Assembly (NCBI GenBank): GCA_001949185.1 | Contig: BDGG01000001.1 | Coordinates: 5,865,591-5,929,590 of the forward strand | Length of the DNA stretch: 64,000 bases | Reading direction: 5' to 3' | Source of the DNA: Ramazzottius varieornatus | Lineage: Eukaryota > Animalia > Tardigrada | The notes under the pieces: model-generated | Told to the model about the DNA's origin: nothing | The model's input: only the letters and a program-made list of their open reading frames with translations | Databases searched by the model: none | Made by a program: the position numbers and the translations under genes | In this document: in pieces, positions 12,526-25,100 of the stretch | Numbering within the stretch: the first letter of the stretch is position 1 | Layout of the letters: each line of letters opens with the position of its first letter

Positions 12526-13704
12526 ATGTATTCTGTGAACGCAGTCTCTTCTAGTACCGCTCGATTCAACAGAATCACGAAACGTCCCAACCATCAGGCA
12601 TTGTACTTTGTTCTGATTATCACTGTTTTGCTACCGACTTTTCAGGTGATGTTGTCTACAACCGTCACCGACAGGTACGAAGGTACCACAGCGACGGAAA
12701 AACCCAGAACAAAAGTGTTTTATTTGAAAATGTTTAGAGCTGCTAGTAGTACCATACAGAATGTATTCTTTCGTTACGGAGATGCCCGGAACCTTACGTT
12801 TGTTTTACCAAGAGAAGGACATATGCTTGGTTACCCTCGGCCATTTGAACCGTCATTTGCCCTTCCTTTGCCCTCAGCGTTTTCCCGTCAGTATGATATG
12901 TTTGTTAACCACGCTCGTTGGAACGAACGAAGTCTAAATATCCTTTTCCCAAACGGTGTCATCAGCATAACCTCCATACGAAATCCAGTCGGCATGATCC
13001 CGTCTCTATACGACTATTTCGGCATGCGGAGTCGATACAGCATACCCCTCAGCAAGTTCATGGAAAATCCCAGTCTGTACACGAGAAGGAAGAAGATGAA
13101 CTGGTTTACACGCAACCCAATGGCGGTAGAGTTCTCAATTCCGAGTAACGTCTGCGAGAACGGCACGCTGTTCACCCGGCGGCTGATGCAGATAAACGAT
13201 ACGTTTGCTCTGGTTATGCTAGCAGAACGTTTGGAGGAGTCAATGGTATTGTTGCGTGAAATATTCAGGTGGAGCTGGAATGATGTCGTTTTCTTTCGGA
13301 CCAATGAGCGATGCGACTGCAGTCCGAGAACGTTGGTGGATGAATCCCTGAGTAGAAGAATCCAAAAATGGAACGCTGTGGACCTCGCGCTGTACAAGTA
13401 TTTTGAGATGGAATTCGAACGAAAAAAGCGTGTTTACGGCCTTACTAAGTTCAGGACGGACGTGGATTTTCTCAAAAGACTAAACCATCAATGGTACAAG
13501 CATTGCGTTATCGGGACAGACATTGCCCCAAGATGTCGTTGCGGTTCAAACGGCACCATCTCTAGCAGTGATTCGGAAGCTCTTCTTTACAGCCGAACTG
13601 TAAGGAAAGATGATTTAAACTGCCAGAAGCTTGGCCTACACGAGATGCATTACACGCAAATCCTCAGAAAAAAATTATGGCCCAACTTGACACGAACTGA
13701 ATAA
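12526..13704 (+). CDS. Galactose-3-O-sulfotransferase-like type II membrane protein
   Basis: Single ORF with an N-terminal TM (ALYFVLIITVLL). Family motifs: VFYLKMFRAASSTIQNVFFRYG..LTFVLP, NHARWN, ITSIRNP..SLYDYF, FALVMLAERLEESMVLL, WNAVDLALYKYF. First in-frame ATG is at 12526. Confidence 0.88.
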   Translation: MYSVNAVSSSTARFNRITKRPNHQALYFVLIITVLLPTFQVMLSTTVTDRYEGTTATEKPRTKVFYLKMFRAASSTIQNVFFRYGDARNLTFVLPREGHMLGYPRPFEPSFALPLPSAFSRQYDMFVNHARWNERSLNILFPNGVISITSIRNPVGMIPSLYDYFGMRSRYSIPLSKFMENPSLYTRRKKMNWFTRNPMAVEFSIPSNVCENGTLFTRRLMQINDTFALVMLAERLEESMVLLREIFRWSWNDVVFFRTNERCDCSPRTLVDESLSRRIQKWNAVDLALYKYFEMEFERKKRVYGLTKFRTDVDFLKRLNHQWYKHCVIGTDIAPRCRCGSNGTISSSDSEALLYSRTVRKDDLNCQKLGLHEMHYTQILRKKLWPNLTRTE

Positions 13705-13977
13705 ATGTTTCATGTGGTGTACAGCAGAAAAGCATGTCGTTCCGGCGGACAGTCCATCAAAAACGTGAGAACTCGACAAACTATCGTTTCAAGATAGACG
13801 TGATGGCCAGGGAAGAACAGAAGAATCGCATTTTTCGTTATATGCCGATTTCTGGCTCGAGGCAGGTCAGTCGCTGGCTTTCTTTACCCATCGAGGTGCG
13901 CTTTTCGGAATGTGAATACACGCTTGCCTCAATACAGCGGGCTATAGGGAGCCAGGCTAGAGCGGGTTAGTCAAGAG

Positions 13978-14158
13978 CAGAGCCTGGCTGAGGTAGGCCG
14001 CGCCCAGGTTTTTTCGACGTCACCCTAATAAAAAATTTTCACTTGATTGATAATTTTGATTGAGCGCGTCGGTATATCATTACGATCGGTGAATCGATCT
14101 GAACGAAGTCTTGCTGACGTCGAAAAACATGGGCGCAGCCTAGCTCGGCCAGGCTCTG
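13978..14158. mobile_element. hAT MITE
   Basis: Long TIR cagagcctggctgaggtaggccgcgccca... / ...gggcgcagcctagctcggccaggctctg and a perfect 8-bp TSD gtcaagag. Confidence 0.88.
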
Positions 14159-15737
14159 GTCAAGAGTCACGCCTGTAGCCGTCATACTTGTTACCTTGTT
14201 GGCCTCCAACAATTACAAGGTAACAGGGTTTCCGCATCTGACTGACACCAGGGCTAGACGGTCAGCGATGCGGAATAATTTTTGTGGCATGGCATGTGCT
14301 TACACCATCATTTTACGCTTCAAAAAGTTTTTAGTCTCACCAGAAGTGGTTCCAGCAATCCTTTCTCGTTGGAAAAGAGGTCTCTAGCACCCTCTAACAA
14401 GTTCAGCAGTCACCAACAAGTTAAAAAGAAATTTTTAAACCTTCACCGGGGCCCGTCGGCCTGTCAAACTTGTTAGCGGAGCCTGTGAGAACTGCTGGAA
14501 AACTCCTTTGCGATCAGATTCCTCGGACTTGCTACCGAAACATTCCGTCTTACCACTGTAGTCTTACGAAGCCGTTTTACTTTTAAAAGCGTGGGAAACC
14601 GTGCAAGCGCGTTAACCGGCCTTACCCATTTTCCTACAGTACAATTGGAATTGTCGCTGATCTTCGTACCGCGATGCATCACAGCGCAACAAACTTCCGG
14701 TTGGGAAAACAGCTGATTATAGCATATTTCTGTCAAAACTGTATCTATGAAGAGCGAGAAAAGCTCTGAGGCTGATTGCTGTTCCCTTCAATTTTCCTAG
14801 GATGAGGTAAAATGCAGTCAACGCTATCCGTCCGGTTTCAAATTTTGACTGTACGTTGTATCCGCAGTACTGCACTGGCAGTGTGATAATCTAGTGATCA
14901 CTAACTAATCACCGCTTGAAACCGGACGAATGGCGTTGCCCGCATTATATGCGCATCAAGGTGAAGATTTACGTAAAAATTTCATGGTGCGGTAACAAGT
15001 TTGGAGGTGTCGGCAATAAGTTTGAATGGTCCGGTTCCGGTATCCAGTTGCGGCTTATCGATAACAAGTTGGAGGTAACCCGTAACAGCTTAGTGGAGGC
15101 GGTAATGAAAACTCCAACCTCCAACAAGGCAACAAGTATGCTGGCTGCAGACGCCACTAGTTTTCAAGACTACTGCTACTCGAGTCGAAAGGGTTGATCA
15201 ACCTAGTATGAATTTCCAGAATGTTTATACTATTCCGCACAAAACAGCCCATCGGCCTCCCATTGTGTCTCGCGGATTTAGTCATTCCTTATGCTGGCAT
15301 CCGTAAATGTGTGATTGCAAAAATCTGAATTTTTTACAAGTGTAAGCATATATACTGAATAACCTCGTGAGGACGCGTGGTAGAATACGTCTTGCGGACT
15401 CGGAACGTTTGGTATCGAAATGTTATGACACTGTATCTTCAGTATAACGAAAAAAGACAAGATTAGCTTGCTCACGCACTTCAATTGCTGCACCTCGATG
15501 CGGGTACGCCAAATTCTGAGGTAATTGTGACAAAAGCTCGTCCAGAGTTAGTTAGCAGATTGTATCGACCAAACATTGCAGAAAGAATGTACGCTCTACA
15601 CTGCCAAGCGTCCTCACCCACGACTTAGAATGGAGGTGAATTACTGTACGTAGATATTTCCTGTAATGCATAAATGCTGGATGGTAAGGCTTTTACTGAG
15701 GGCGACCAGATGAAAAGCACGGACTGATTTCAGCGGA

Positions 15738-17824
15738 TTAAGTACACTGGAAAACGGATGTCCCAGAAGCTCCGTTTCTTTGAAATGGATCACCCATTTC
15801 CCAGTGTCTTTTAGCGGTTCGATACCAGTCAACTGTTTGATCCAGGCCAGTGTCGAAATCTACTTTGGAGGTCCACCCCAGAGCGCGAATTTTCGAGGAG
15901 TCGACCGAGTAACGGCAGTCGTTATGTGGTCTGTCGGTCACGTACTCGATATACTGTGCAGGGTCGTCACTTCCATGAACCTTGGTGACGAGGAGTCGGC
16001 ACAATTGTATGATTTGAATTTCGTCATCCGTGCCGATGTTATAGACCTCTCCAATCACTCCTTTCTCTACAACGGTCTGTAGAGCTGTACAGTAATCTTC
16101 GACGTGCAGAAACCTTCTTGACATCAGACCAGCCCCATGCACTGGTAACTTCTGATCGCTCAACAGGCAAGTGACAAATTTCGGGATTACCTGAGTTGGA
16201 AACTGGTATTTCCCATAGACGTTGTTGGCCCTAGTGATGACATAGGGCAAACCGAACGACTTTCCGTACGACATTAGCAAACATTCAGCACCTGCTTTCG
16301 TGGCGGCGTATGGGTTGGTCGGGAAAAACGGAGTATTATGCTCCGCACAGCTACCCGTTGGCACTTCACCATAAACTTCGTCAGTGGAAATGTGGACGAA
16401 GAGCTGGAAATTCTCGCGGTAAATCTTTATGGTTTCCAACAGGTTGAACATTCCGATAATGTTGTTTTCGATGTAGGTCAACGGATGACCAAAAGACGGG
16501 TCCACAGTACTGGCGGCTGCGAAGTGGATGACATGGGTGATGTGATTTTGTTCGAAGGTCCGCCTTAGTTCCCGTTCATCCAGGAGATCGGCGTGAATAA
16601 ACTTGTAGTTTGGGTCTTGTGGGTTTTCAATATTACGTAGGTTGGAGTTGGTCAGTAGCGCGTCAAAATTGATCACGATGTCTTTTCGATGGCCAGTCAG
16701 CCAGTAGTTGATGAAACTACTACCTATAAAACCAGCGCCTCCGGTTACCAACAGGACCCTTTCAGGGTTATTCGCAGAGCTAAAAAACGAGATGCGTTAG
16801 TGGCGTGGAATAAGGAGTTAAACAAATGTGGAATGTGAGTCGCTGTAATGCAGGACAGGCTACATATCGCATACCGGTTTTGTGCAGGTGGCGGATACAT
16901 CATGTCAATGACCGGATTTCTGAAGCGCAAAGCGAGAATTTCCATGATTCGCTCGTTGATAGGTTTTAATACAGCAGGAACAGAATATCGATTTTTCGTT
17001 TCTTGAATCAATTCGTTCATCATAACAATGGCCTTGTCCGCAGTCAATAAGTTGTTTGAGCGCTTCGCGACGACAAGGTCAGACTGCTCAGATGGAGGAA
17101 CAAGTATGTAGTTTAGCTTTGTCTTCGCTGAACTTTCGTATTGCTTAAGAACAGTATCATGATCGATGGACCCAGGATTGACCGCATTGATCGTTCCTGT
17201 CTTCATGTGAACCAACAGAGCGATAAGAAACGGGATCCAGTCCGACAAAATTGTCATTGAGTTCTTGACGGATATGATTTTCTTGTAACCTACAATCTTT
17301 GTGATGAAGTCTCGAGGGTTGGACTGTACCGAGATAGGCATTCGAACACGAGCGTTCAGCACGTGAGGAAACCCTTTCATCAGTAGATCGGTCTGACCTT
17401 TTACAATGGAATACGACGATCCAAAGAAGTTTGCATTCTCGTCCTCCCGAAACCCGTGTCCTCCAACAGTATGGGTAGCATCGTACTCGAAGATGCAGCC
17501 GGAGCCAATATATAGCAGGGGAATACTCCTTCCATGCAGGCCGGAAGTAGCGAGTGCGACCAGAACTGGAGCAGTCAAATTTGATCCCACATTATCGGTC
17601 AGTTTTCCTGGCTGCTCCAGGTAGTCAACAGTATTGTTGAGGGGACCAGAAGTGCGTCCAAGTGCACAGACCACTCTATCCGGATTCCATTTTTCCACAT
17701 CTGCAATGACGTCCTGGACAAATCTAACCCTTCCGCCGGGGTACGCTTTGTCTCCGGCGGATTTCACAGCTTCGCAGAACTGCTGACCGATCCACCCCGA
17801 ATGACCGTAAATCAAAAACTTCAT
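15738..17824 (-). CDS. Fused NDP-L-rhamnose synthase: N-terminal 3,5-epimerase/4-reductase (NRS/ER-like) plus C-terminal NDP-glucose 4,6-dehydratase; exons 17824-16875 and 16779-15738 (663 aa)
   Basis: Domain 1: MKFLIYGHSGWIG, NFFGSSYSIVK, RVRMPIS, NPRDFITKI, NSMTIL. Domain 2: LVTGGAGFIGS, HFAA, HISTDEVYG, PTNPYAATKA, ITRANNVYG, DRPHND. A 95-nt intron at 16874-16780 (GTATGC...CTAAC...TTTTTTAG) joins the two ORFs in frame (QN-R-SANNPERVLLVTGG). Confidence 0.9.
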
Positions 17825-18996
17825 TATCAGCACCTAAACACACTTTTCAACGGCAAACCCACATCAAGTCAACTACCAGACGGTTGCAGAACCCAGAGCT
17901 TTTGGAAGCATGAGACAGTCTGCCTGGTGGCAAGATTCACAGTGTGAGCATCCGTCCTTAAGTGGCAGGAACCGTCTGTACTGTTTTCCGTCGAGCAACT
18001 GATCAGTTCAGTGAAGCAACTGATTCATGAACACTAGGACCTGTACATGTAGTCCAGTCTGTACGGCTAGTTCCGGTGAACTCACTGTGAAGAACGTGGC
18101 TACCACGGTTGAGCAAGCCGCTCTTGAATTTTTTGTGTACTGGTCGCCGAACTAGAGCACATACGATCAAAGTACGCTCAGAGCTTGGACAATGAACCTT
18201 ACCAGCCCCCTCGGTGTCGGAGGTCAAATAGTTCACTGTCGCGCTGCCGGTACGGCTTGCGCAATTTCATTCCATCCAAAAGTCAATTAGGTGTTGTGAG
18301 ACAAAGTGACTCAGGTGCAACCACAGTCATGGCTGAGAACATTTGCAACCATCAGCTTCCAGGCGCGTTTCTTGTCCTGTGAAAGCATACGTTAATACGG
18401 CAACAATGCGTTCTGCTGAGCTGCATACAAAAAGTATTTATTGGTAGACTGGGTCGAGACGAGTTTCTTCCGGACCAATCACATCTTCAACATCAAATTC
18501 AACTCCCTTTCATGAGTACCGTTGATTCACGAAATGCTCGCCACTAAACAGAAAAGACCGACCGCTTATCAGGCTTTGACCAGCACCGGGTGGTTCTGTT
18601 TCTTTTTAAACCATACATTACAGTTGATGACACGTTGATGACGCGAAGACCTCAGGGACTTCGTCCGAAAATGTTTTCTGTAAGGATGGTGAATAGTTCA
18701 ACCTGTTGAGAGCGCATTTTCACTGCACCATTAGCAATTCGTTCTATTAAGCCCAAGTTTTAGATCGATTTACCTCTCTGTCCATATGACATGGTACAGA
18801 GAAAATCAGTTAAACAGATACATCTCGATACAGTTCATCAGAGCATACGATCCCGAAGGCCATACACACAATAGGGTAGTGGCATCAAGCAGTGTACTGC
18901 AGCACGACGGGCTCCATGGCCTTTCATGGGCAACTGCTGATCGATGGTACGCAACAGCTGCGTTTGCTTTCGGGCCGTCTAAGTCCGACAATCACA

Positions 18997-19983
18997 ATGA
19001 ACCGACGGCCTCTCCACTTTTTACAGCTGCTAGCGCTGTTGATTATAGCTGCCATGGTTATTCAGCGGGAATGGATCTCTGATGTTCAAGTGTGGCTCCG
19101 TAAAACCACTGGCACACGAAACGATTTGTCTCCACTTATCCCAATCATGAAATCCTTTCGCGACCTGGCGGACCAATTCACAATTCTGCCAACAGAGTTT
19201 TGTGGCTCTTCAGTTTTCATGATTATCGGCGTCATATCTAATCCATCAAACTTTGATGCGCGCAGCGCAATCCGGTCCACTTGGGGTTCCTTCGCACTTA
19301 CTTCATCGTGTGTCAAGTTAATATTCGTCTTGGGAAAAGTTCGAAATGGTACTCTCCAAGAAAAAGTGGGAAAAGAGTCAGCTCTGCATGGCGATATTTT
19401 ACAGTCTAACCAGTTTTACGACGCTTATCGGGCTTCCCAGATAAAAACAACATATCTGCTACGATGGTGTGCTAAATTCTGTGCGAACAGCAGTTTTACT
19501 GTACGGGTTGACGATGACGTGTGGGTAAACTTACCGAAGTTTTACAAGTACATGAAAACTCGTTCAGCGTTCAGCAGCCGGGATGCATATGGATTCAAAC
19601 TTTCGGGAAGCAACATGACGATCGTTCGACAACCGGAAAGCAAATACTATGTACCTCGGGAAGACTTCAGTCCAGATTACTATCGGGATTTTTTGGCAGG
19701 AAATCTGATCGCATTCCCCACAAGTTCACTGCTTAGTTTATTGTCTGTGTCTGTCGCAAACCCTTCGGCCATGTTTCTCGATGACATTTATTTCACTGGT
19801 CAACTTTCGATGCATGTAAACATGTCGTTGACGAATATCCCGGGATTTTTTCCAAGATTTACTCAAATGGTGGGACGCACTTGCTCTAAAAAGACCATGT
19901 TGTGGATGCACTACACTTCACCTAACGATATGTACATCTTGAGAAGTAATCGCTGTTGGACATCTAACACCACATTTTGTTGA
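18997..19983 (+). CDS. Beta-1,3-galactosyltransferase family (GT31), intronless
   Basis: TM segment LQLLALLIIAAMVI; motifs RSAIRSTWG, IFVLG, ESALHGDILQ, FYDAY...KT, RVDDDVWVN, SKYYVP, LDDIYFTG. Confidence 0.9.
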   Translation: MNRRPLHFLQLLALLIIAAMVIQREWISDVQVWLRKTTGTRNDLSPLIPIMKSFRDLADQFTILPTEFCGSSVFMIIGVISNPSNFDARSAIRSTWGSFALTSSCVKLIFVLGKVRNGTLQEKVGKESALHGDILQSNQFYDAYRASQIKTTYLLRWCAKFCANSSFTVRVDDDVWVNLPKFYKYMKTRSAFSSRDAYGFKLSGSNMTIVRQPESKYYVPREDFSPDYYRDFLAGNLIAFPTSSLLSLLSVSVANPSAMFLDDIYFTGQLSMHVNMSLTNIPGFFPRFTQMVGRTCSKKTMLWMHYTSPNDMYILRSNRCWTSNTTFC

Positions 19984-21149
19984 CCTCAGATTTGTGGCCT
20001 TTTGAGCCCCAGTACAGTTTACGCCGGAGCCAGTCGTAAAATATATGCGCCAGATCATGGCGGTCGATTGTCGTGGCCAAGTCGCGTACGTCGGGTCTAC
20101 TACAGTACTGTACGACAAACCCTGCAAACTTTGGTGTATCAGACAAGGATATGATTATAGGAAAAATTCGGAGCTACGTGCGCCAAGTTGAATTTTGCCG
20201 CACCTAATCCGCCGGTAACTTACACTGCATTTTGCGATAGGATCAACGGGTGAGAGTACCGCAAGATCAATCAAAACCGTGGACTCGCTGCCAAATGTCG
20301 GCTTACCTTATACTTTCTGGATATGCAAGGAGGAAACAAGTGCGCCGACGAAATACGCATGTAAATGTACCGTAAATCGCATCCCCTGATGCCACAAGCC
20401 TTTTGCACATTAGAATGAAATGATGTTTCTGCTGCAAAACCTCCTCCAACTATCGGCTTCCCACTGATGCTGAGGGTTTTGACTGGTATACCCGATGGGT
20501 AAGATGTCGCACCAGCACACACCATGAAAGACCAGACGGTTCTTTGATTAACCCCGACAGAGAGGTGGAGCCGAACTTGAAATCGTTTTTGGTTTGCTTG
20601 TCTCTGAATGCATACTACCATTCGCGAAATTCGTTTTCGAAGTTTCAGTTTTGTCCGTCATTTTGTTTATCCCTACGACTTCATCTCGTGAATCACCTTT
20701 TCATCGTGGTCATTTTGGTTCTGCAACGTCTGGGAAGGAGTGTAAGTACCGGAGGAAGGAAGGAGGCGACAATTTAAGGAGCTAGCTTTTCATGGCTGAT
20801 ACAATCGTTGCCAGCTGCTCGGATAGCCTGACGAAGGTTGCGCGAATTTTGAAGGCACTGACTGTGTGTAAACTTTTTTGGTCACGAAGAATGGGTTTAG
20901 AAGCTTGTACGTGTTTCACTTTCAGTTGGTACTTTAAAGTGCCAATGAAGTGGGACAAGATTGGTCCGGGTCCGCGTAAAGAATCCCCCCAGTACGCGCC
21001 GTGTTGGCTGTTATGTGTCATGTCATAGCGATCAGCTGATCGATACACACGTTGACCAGATATTTCACCCACCATCCGCTCGGTCTTTTTGCACGCACCC
21101 GGACCCAAACCTGTCCCGCATTATTGGCTCTTTAAAGTACAAGGTAAAC

Positions 21150-21530
21150 GACATAATGCGGGCATATCGATTTTCGCACCATAATTCAGGCAACGCGAAA
21201 GGTTTGAACATTACCTTCAACGCTTGATACATCCCTCCTCCTACGTGTGTTGATTCTACATTAGGCTTTTTAACATTGGACACACCCATCTCTATCCCAG
21301 GCCAAATTCCCGTGATCTACAACGCTTTCCCGTTCTCAAACCTATTGGAACTTCGAGGAGAGGGATCAGTCTACCTCATGAAACAAGAAGCGATTCATTA
21401 CGCGCAGCAGGAGCTGAGAAAAAATATGCCCGAATTACGAGTGAAAAACCCCTATGCCCGAATTATGTCGTTTACCTCGTATTCGGGAGTCGAGAATGTG
21501 CGTTACATCAGCGATATCGTTCAGTCACCA
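21150..21530. repeat. Dispersed repeat, inverted copy of ~30680-31035
   Basis: Shared segments such as ttttcgcaccataattc(a/g)ggca, ttcccgttctcaaacct and atgcccgaattatgtc occur in opposite orientation at the two loci. Boundaries are approximate. Confidence 0.6.
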
Positions 21531-22713
21531 TCAAACAATCAAGTGGGTGTTTCCTCGTATGTTTTTTTGTAGTCTAGAAAAAGTTAAACAGCTAGCATTG
21601 CAGCGTGCTACACCTGCTCCTTTGTTTCAGATCTTACCTGAGCAGATCTGTTTCTCCCTTTTCGACGACCAGATCGCCTCAAGTTCGAGCAGTCTGCATA
21701 TCATCATCGATCGTTTTCTCTGTCTTTGTGCTCTTGTTTCCTTCGGCGATTACGCTTCGTTGGCTGTCTTTCCTGCGTCAACTTGTTATCACGTCGCCAT
21801 GTCTAAACTAGGAGGAGTTGTGCACGCGCTTGGTATAAGTGCAGCCAATGACTTGTCCGTGCACACGTTGAGTCATTAAATCGAGCCGTAACTCATACAG
21901 CCCGTACCACTCATGTGTCCCTCGGTCGAATCGCGCACCCTGTCGGCTCACAGATCCTCTTATTGCGCCACTGTACCGTCACTCACTACCGATTGCACCG
22001 AGAAGGCTTGAGCAGTATCCAAACATCCACGCATTAACCTGCTTAGGTCCTCCCGATTTAATCTGACATTGCTGTGAGGAGATGGTTTTAATTACGGAAA
22101 GGATTACGGGTGTTATAAGTACTCAATGATCTCTCCCTTTCGAGCTTGATGAAGAATATTCAGGTTCCGCCCGGAATAGGCTGCCCTAACGTCAAGAAGA
22201 GACGATAGCACAGACGGTCCGGAGTGGATGCTCAGCTGAAAACAGCCGTGCTGTGGTAAACCGTAACTGGCAATCGCACGAAAAGACACGTAAACCTGTT
22301 CCGTTCCCAGTGATAACAAGGCATTTCAGAAGAGCAATGACGGTAATCAGAACAGAATCGAAGAGGAACTGTTCTACTGGACAAAAATCTCGTTGAAAAA
22401 TATAAAATCTCCGAAAAGCGGTACATGTTTACCGAAAATCAATCAAGTTCTTTGTGTTGGGACTTCAATCAGCCGGAAACTATGTGCCAACAGGATTTAC
22501 TCGACTCGGACGATGAGTGCAAGCATGGCTCGGCTGTGAGTTAAGCGAGAGCGTGTCAGGAGGTTTTACTGGCCAATGCGGCAAACCCCGCGACTTCGTG
22601 TTGCGCAAATCCCACCTGTACTCTCCTCCGTTTTAGTCATGGACTTATCACGTTTGTGTACTCTGTCATCGTTCGAAGTGTAAGGAGCAATGGAACCGAA
22701 AACAATAAAAATA

Positions 22714-25100
22714 CACGTGGCTGGTCTAATGATTGGCATGGACAAAAGCATTGGCAAGTCATTTCCGAGACAGCGGCTCCGCCGGCTGTATTCGCTTACA
22801 GTTGAAACAAACTGGCTTTCACCATACGTTGCCCCTTTACATCCCGCTCGGATAACCGAATCTTTCACAGAGAACTTCCCAATCATTTTAAAACCCAATC
22901 TTTCCGTACACTTGGCTTTCCATTTATTTGAGGTAGGAAAACACTATCATTCAGTGAGCTCAAGGCTACGTCACAATCTCAGTTTTTGGCCTTCTTCGAC
23001 GTGCCTTTCTTTGGAGCGACGGGTAAATCTGCTTTAGCAGACTGAGATCGCGTTCTTTTCTTGACGGCCACTGGCAAGTCGATTTGGGCAGTCTTAGGTC
23101 TCCCGCGTTTCTTAAGCACTTCATCGGTTGTTTCCGAAGGTTTGGCTTTCTTTGACACCTTTAAAGCTAGCCGTGCGCGATTTCGTTCCTCGACTGCCTC
23201 CACGTACTCGCTATCAAGAACGTTTCGGCCTTTGTCGAGAGCGAGTCTTTGATCCTTCGGTTTTCTTTGTTTCTTTGGTTTGGAGAATGAGAAAGCCTTA
23301 CTTGCTGCGGCTACTACCGTCTCCGTAGCTGTCTTATGGCCGGCGTAGATGCTCACGATGGACTCGATGCTTGCATGGATCTTGTCATCGTCCCTGCCAA
23401 CCCTCGAGCGAAGAATATCGGCCACGTCTTTCATTGGCGAGCTCTCTTCAGTCAGTATTGGTGATACAGGTGCATCTTGGGCCACTAACCTCTTAACCAC
23501 AGTTCCACGAATCGTTTCAGGTGAGAAGGGGAATATTCCGGTATTCCTGAAGCCGCTCTTCAGGGACACTTCAAAATCGAATGAAAATGCTGAAGCTTGT
23601 GGTGTGCAAAGCAAAGCCAGGTGCCTAGCAAAAGTGTTGCGAGTCATCTAGAAGCAAAAGGGGTTTTATAAAAGCATGCTCCGGACAGAACTTCAGCGAA
23701 TGTAACTTGCCTCGAAAGATCAAGACGTCTGGAAGCCTTGTAGTTCTTCCACTTCTCTTTCATGCATCCAAACGCACAGTTGTCCAACGGCTGTAACTTA
23801 TCCGTTTGTCCCGCAGGTAAACAAATAAGCTTGATATCCTTCCCGGAGTCCCTGCATAACTTGAACAGCTGAGCATTGTTGACGTGGCTGTAATGTCCAT
23901 CGAAACGAACGATGCACTACGAAAAAATAAAGGCTTAGTCCATTGCCCGTGAAGTACCCTGGATCAGAAAGAGACATTTCACGCACTATCAAGTAACAGA
24001 TTTTGTTCATACAAAGAGCACAATACCTTCTGTGGCGCGTTCGGCAAAATAACTTTGCGGAAGTATTCTGTCATGATTTCGGGATCCATGACTGCGATGT
24101 ACAGTTTGCCTTCGGTGTTATCAAACATGCTTTGCAGATGCATAACTCCATCGAAAAGGACCAAGGGCCTGTACATCTTTCCGGTAGCATCACCGCAAAA
24201 CAAAGTACTGACTGCGTCCCGCGTAGTTCCGTCGGTGTACGAAGGGAAATGTTTCATTCCTCTTGCTGCGTAAACTTTCTCCTTTTCAAAACCCAGGATA
24301 AAACCCGACTCGTCCAGGTTTATTACAGCCGACGGATCCGAGAGGTATCCTTCGCTCTCAAGGCAACTCAACAGGTTAATCCAATTTTGAGCACATTCGA
24401 CAGTCCATTCCCGTGCCTTCTTGCGATCCACATTAGATCCCATGCGAAGAGAAATCTGCTTCCCATGGTCACGCAGGAAACGACGATGCCACTTCTCGCT
24501 GAAGACCGTACCCATGCCTGCCAAAAAAACACAGAACTGATGTTACTTAATTTTTTTCAAAAACAAAAACATACCTTTTCCAAAGCCCATCTCATCGACG
24601 AAAGTACGCAGATTATGCTTATTCATGGGGAATCCATTGTTCCCAAAGCCAATCAACATGTCCACCAGTCGAGCCTCCTCTGTCGGGTCCAGCTTTGTCT
24701 TTCGGCCAAGCTGCTGAGCTATGGGGGATTTCTTGTAGTTGATGATCGTTCCTCGCGGCACACAAAACGTAAGCGAAGCTTTCCGAACTGGCATCCCGTT
24801 CGCCACTGCGCGAACTGCATCTTGCAGACATTCCTCGGTGTACTTCCGGCGTCTCTTGATCTTGAAACCTTCCGACATGTTTCAAGGTTAGGTTATTCAA
24901 GAATCGAGATCGGGAAACCAACTTATGAAGAAATACAAAATTTGAAATGACATTGTACAATGAAAAGCGCATTGCTAAATTTTCACTTCCTGACGTCACA
25001 AGGCTACTTTCTGTCCCGATATAACATTCTTTGCGTTAAACTGCCGCCAGTCCGTGCTGCCAATGCTTTTGTCCATGCCAATCATTAGGCCAGCCACGTG
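22714..25100 (-). mobile_element. pogo-family (DDE_1) DNA transposon, near full-length copy B
   Basis: 43-bp TIRs (22714-22756 / 25058-25100, 1 mismatch) and TA TSD. The spliced transposase has an HTH_psq-like N-terminus (YTEECLQDAVRAVANGMPVRKAS..VPRGTI), a CENP-B-type HTH and catalytic motifs NLDESG, FDGHYSH and LQPLD. Confidence 0.93.

Noticed and set aside
15738-17833. Bacterial rml operon or contaminant contig (two overlapping ORFs)
   Set aside because: An in-frame spliceosomal intron joins them, the reductase is NRS/ER-type, and the scaffold also carries eukaryotic transposons and intron-rich animal genes.
24003-24950. 315-aa plus-strand ORF
   Set aside because: Antisense shadow of the pogo transposase with no recognisable motifs.
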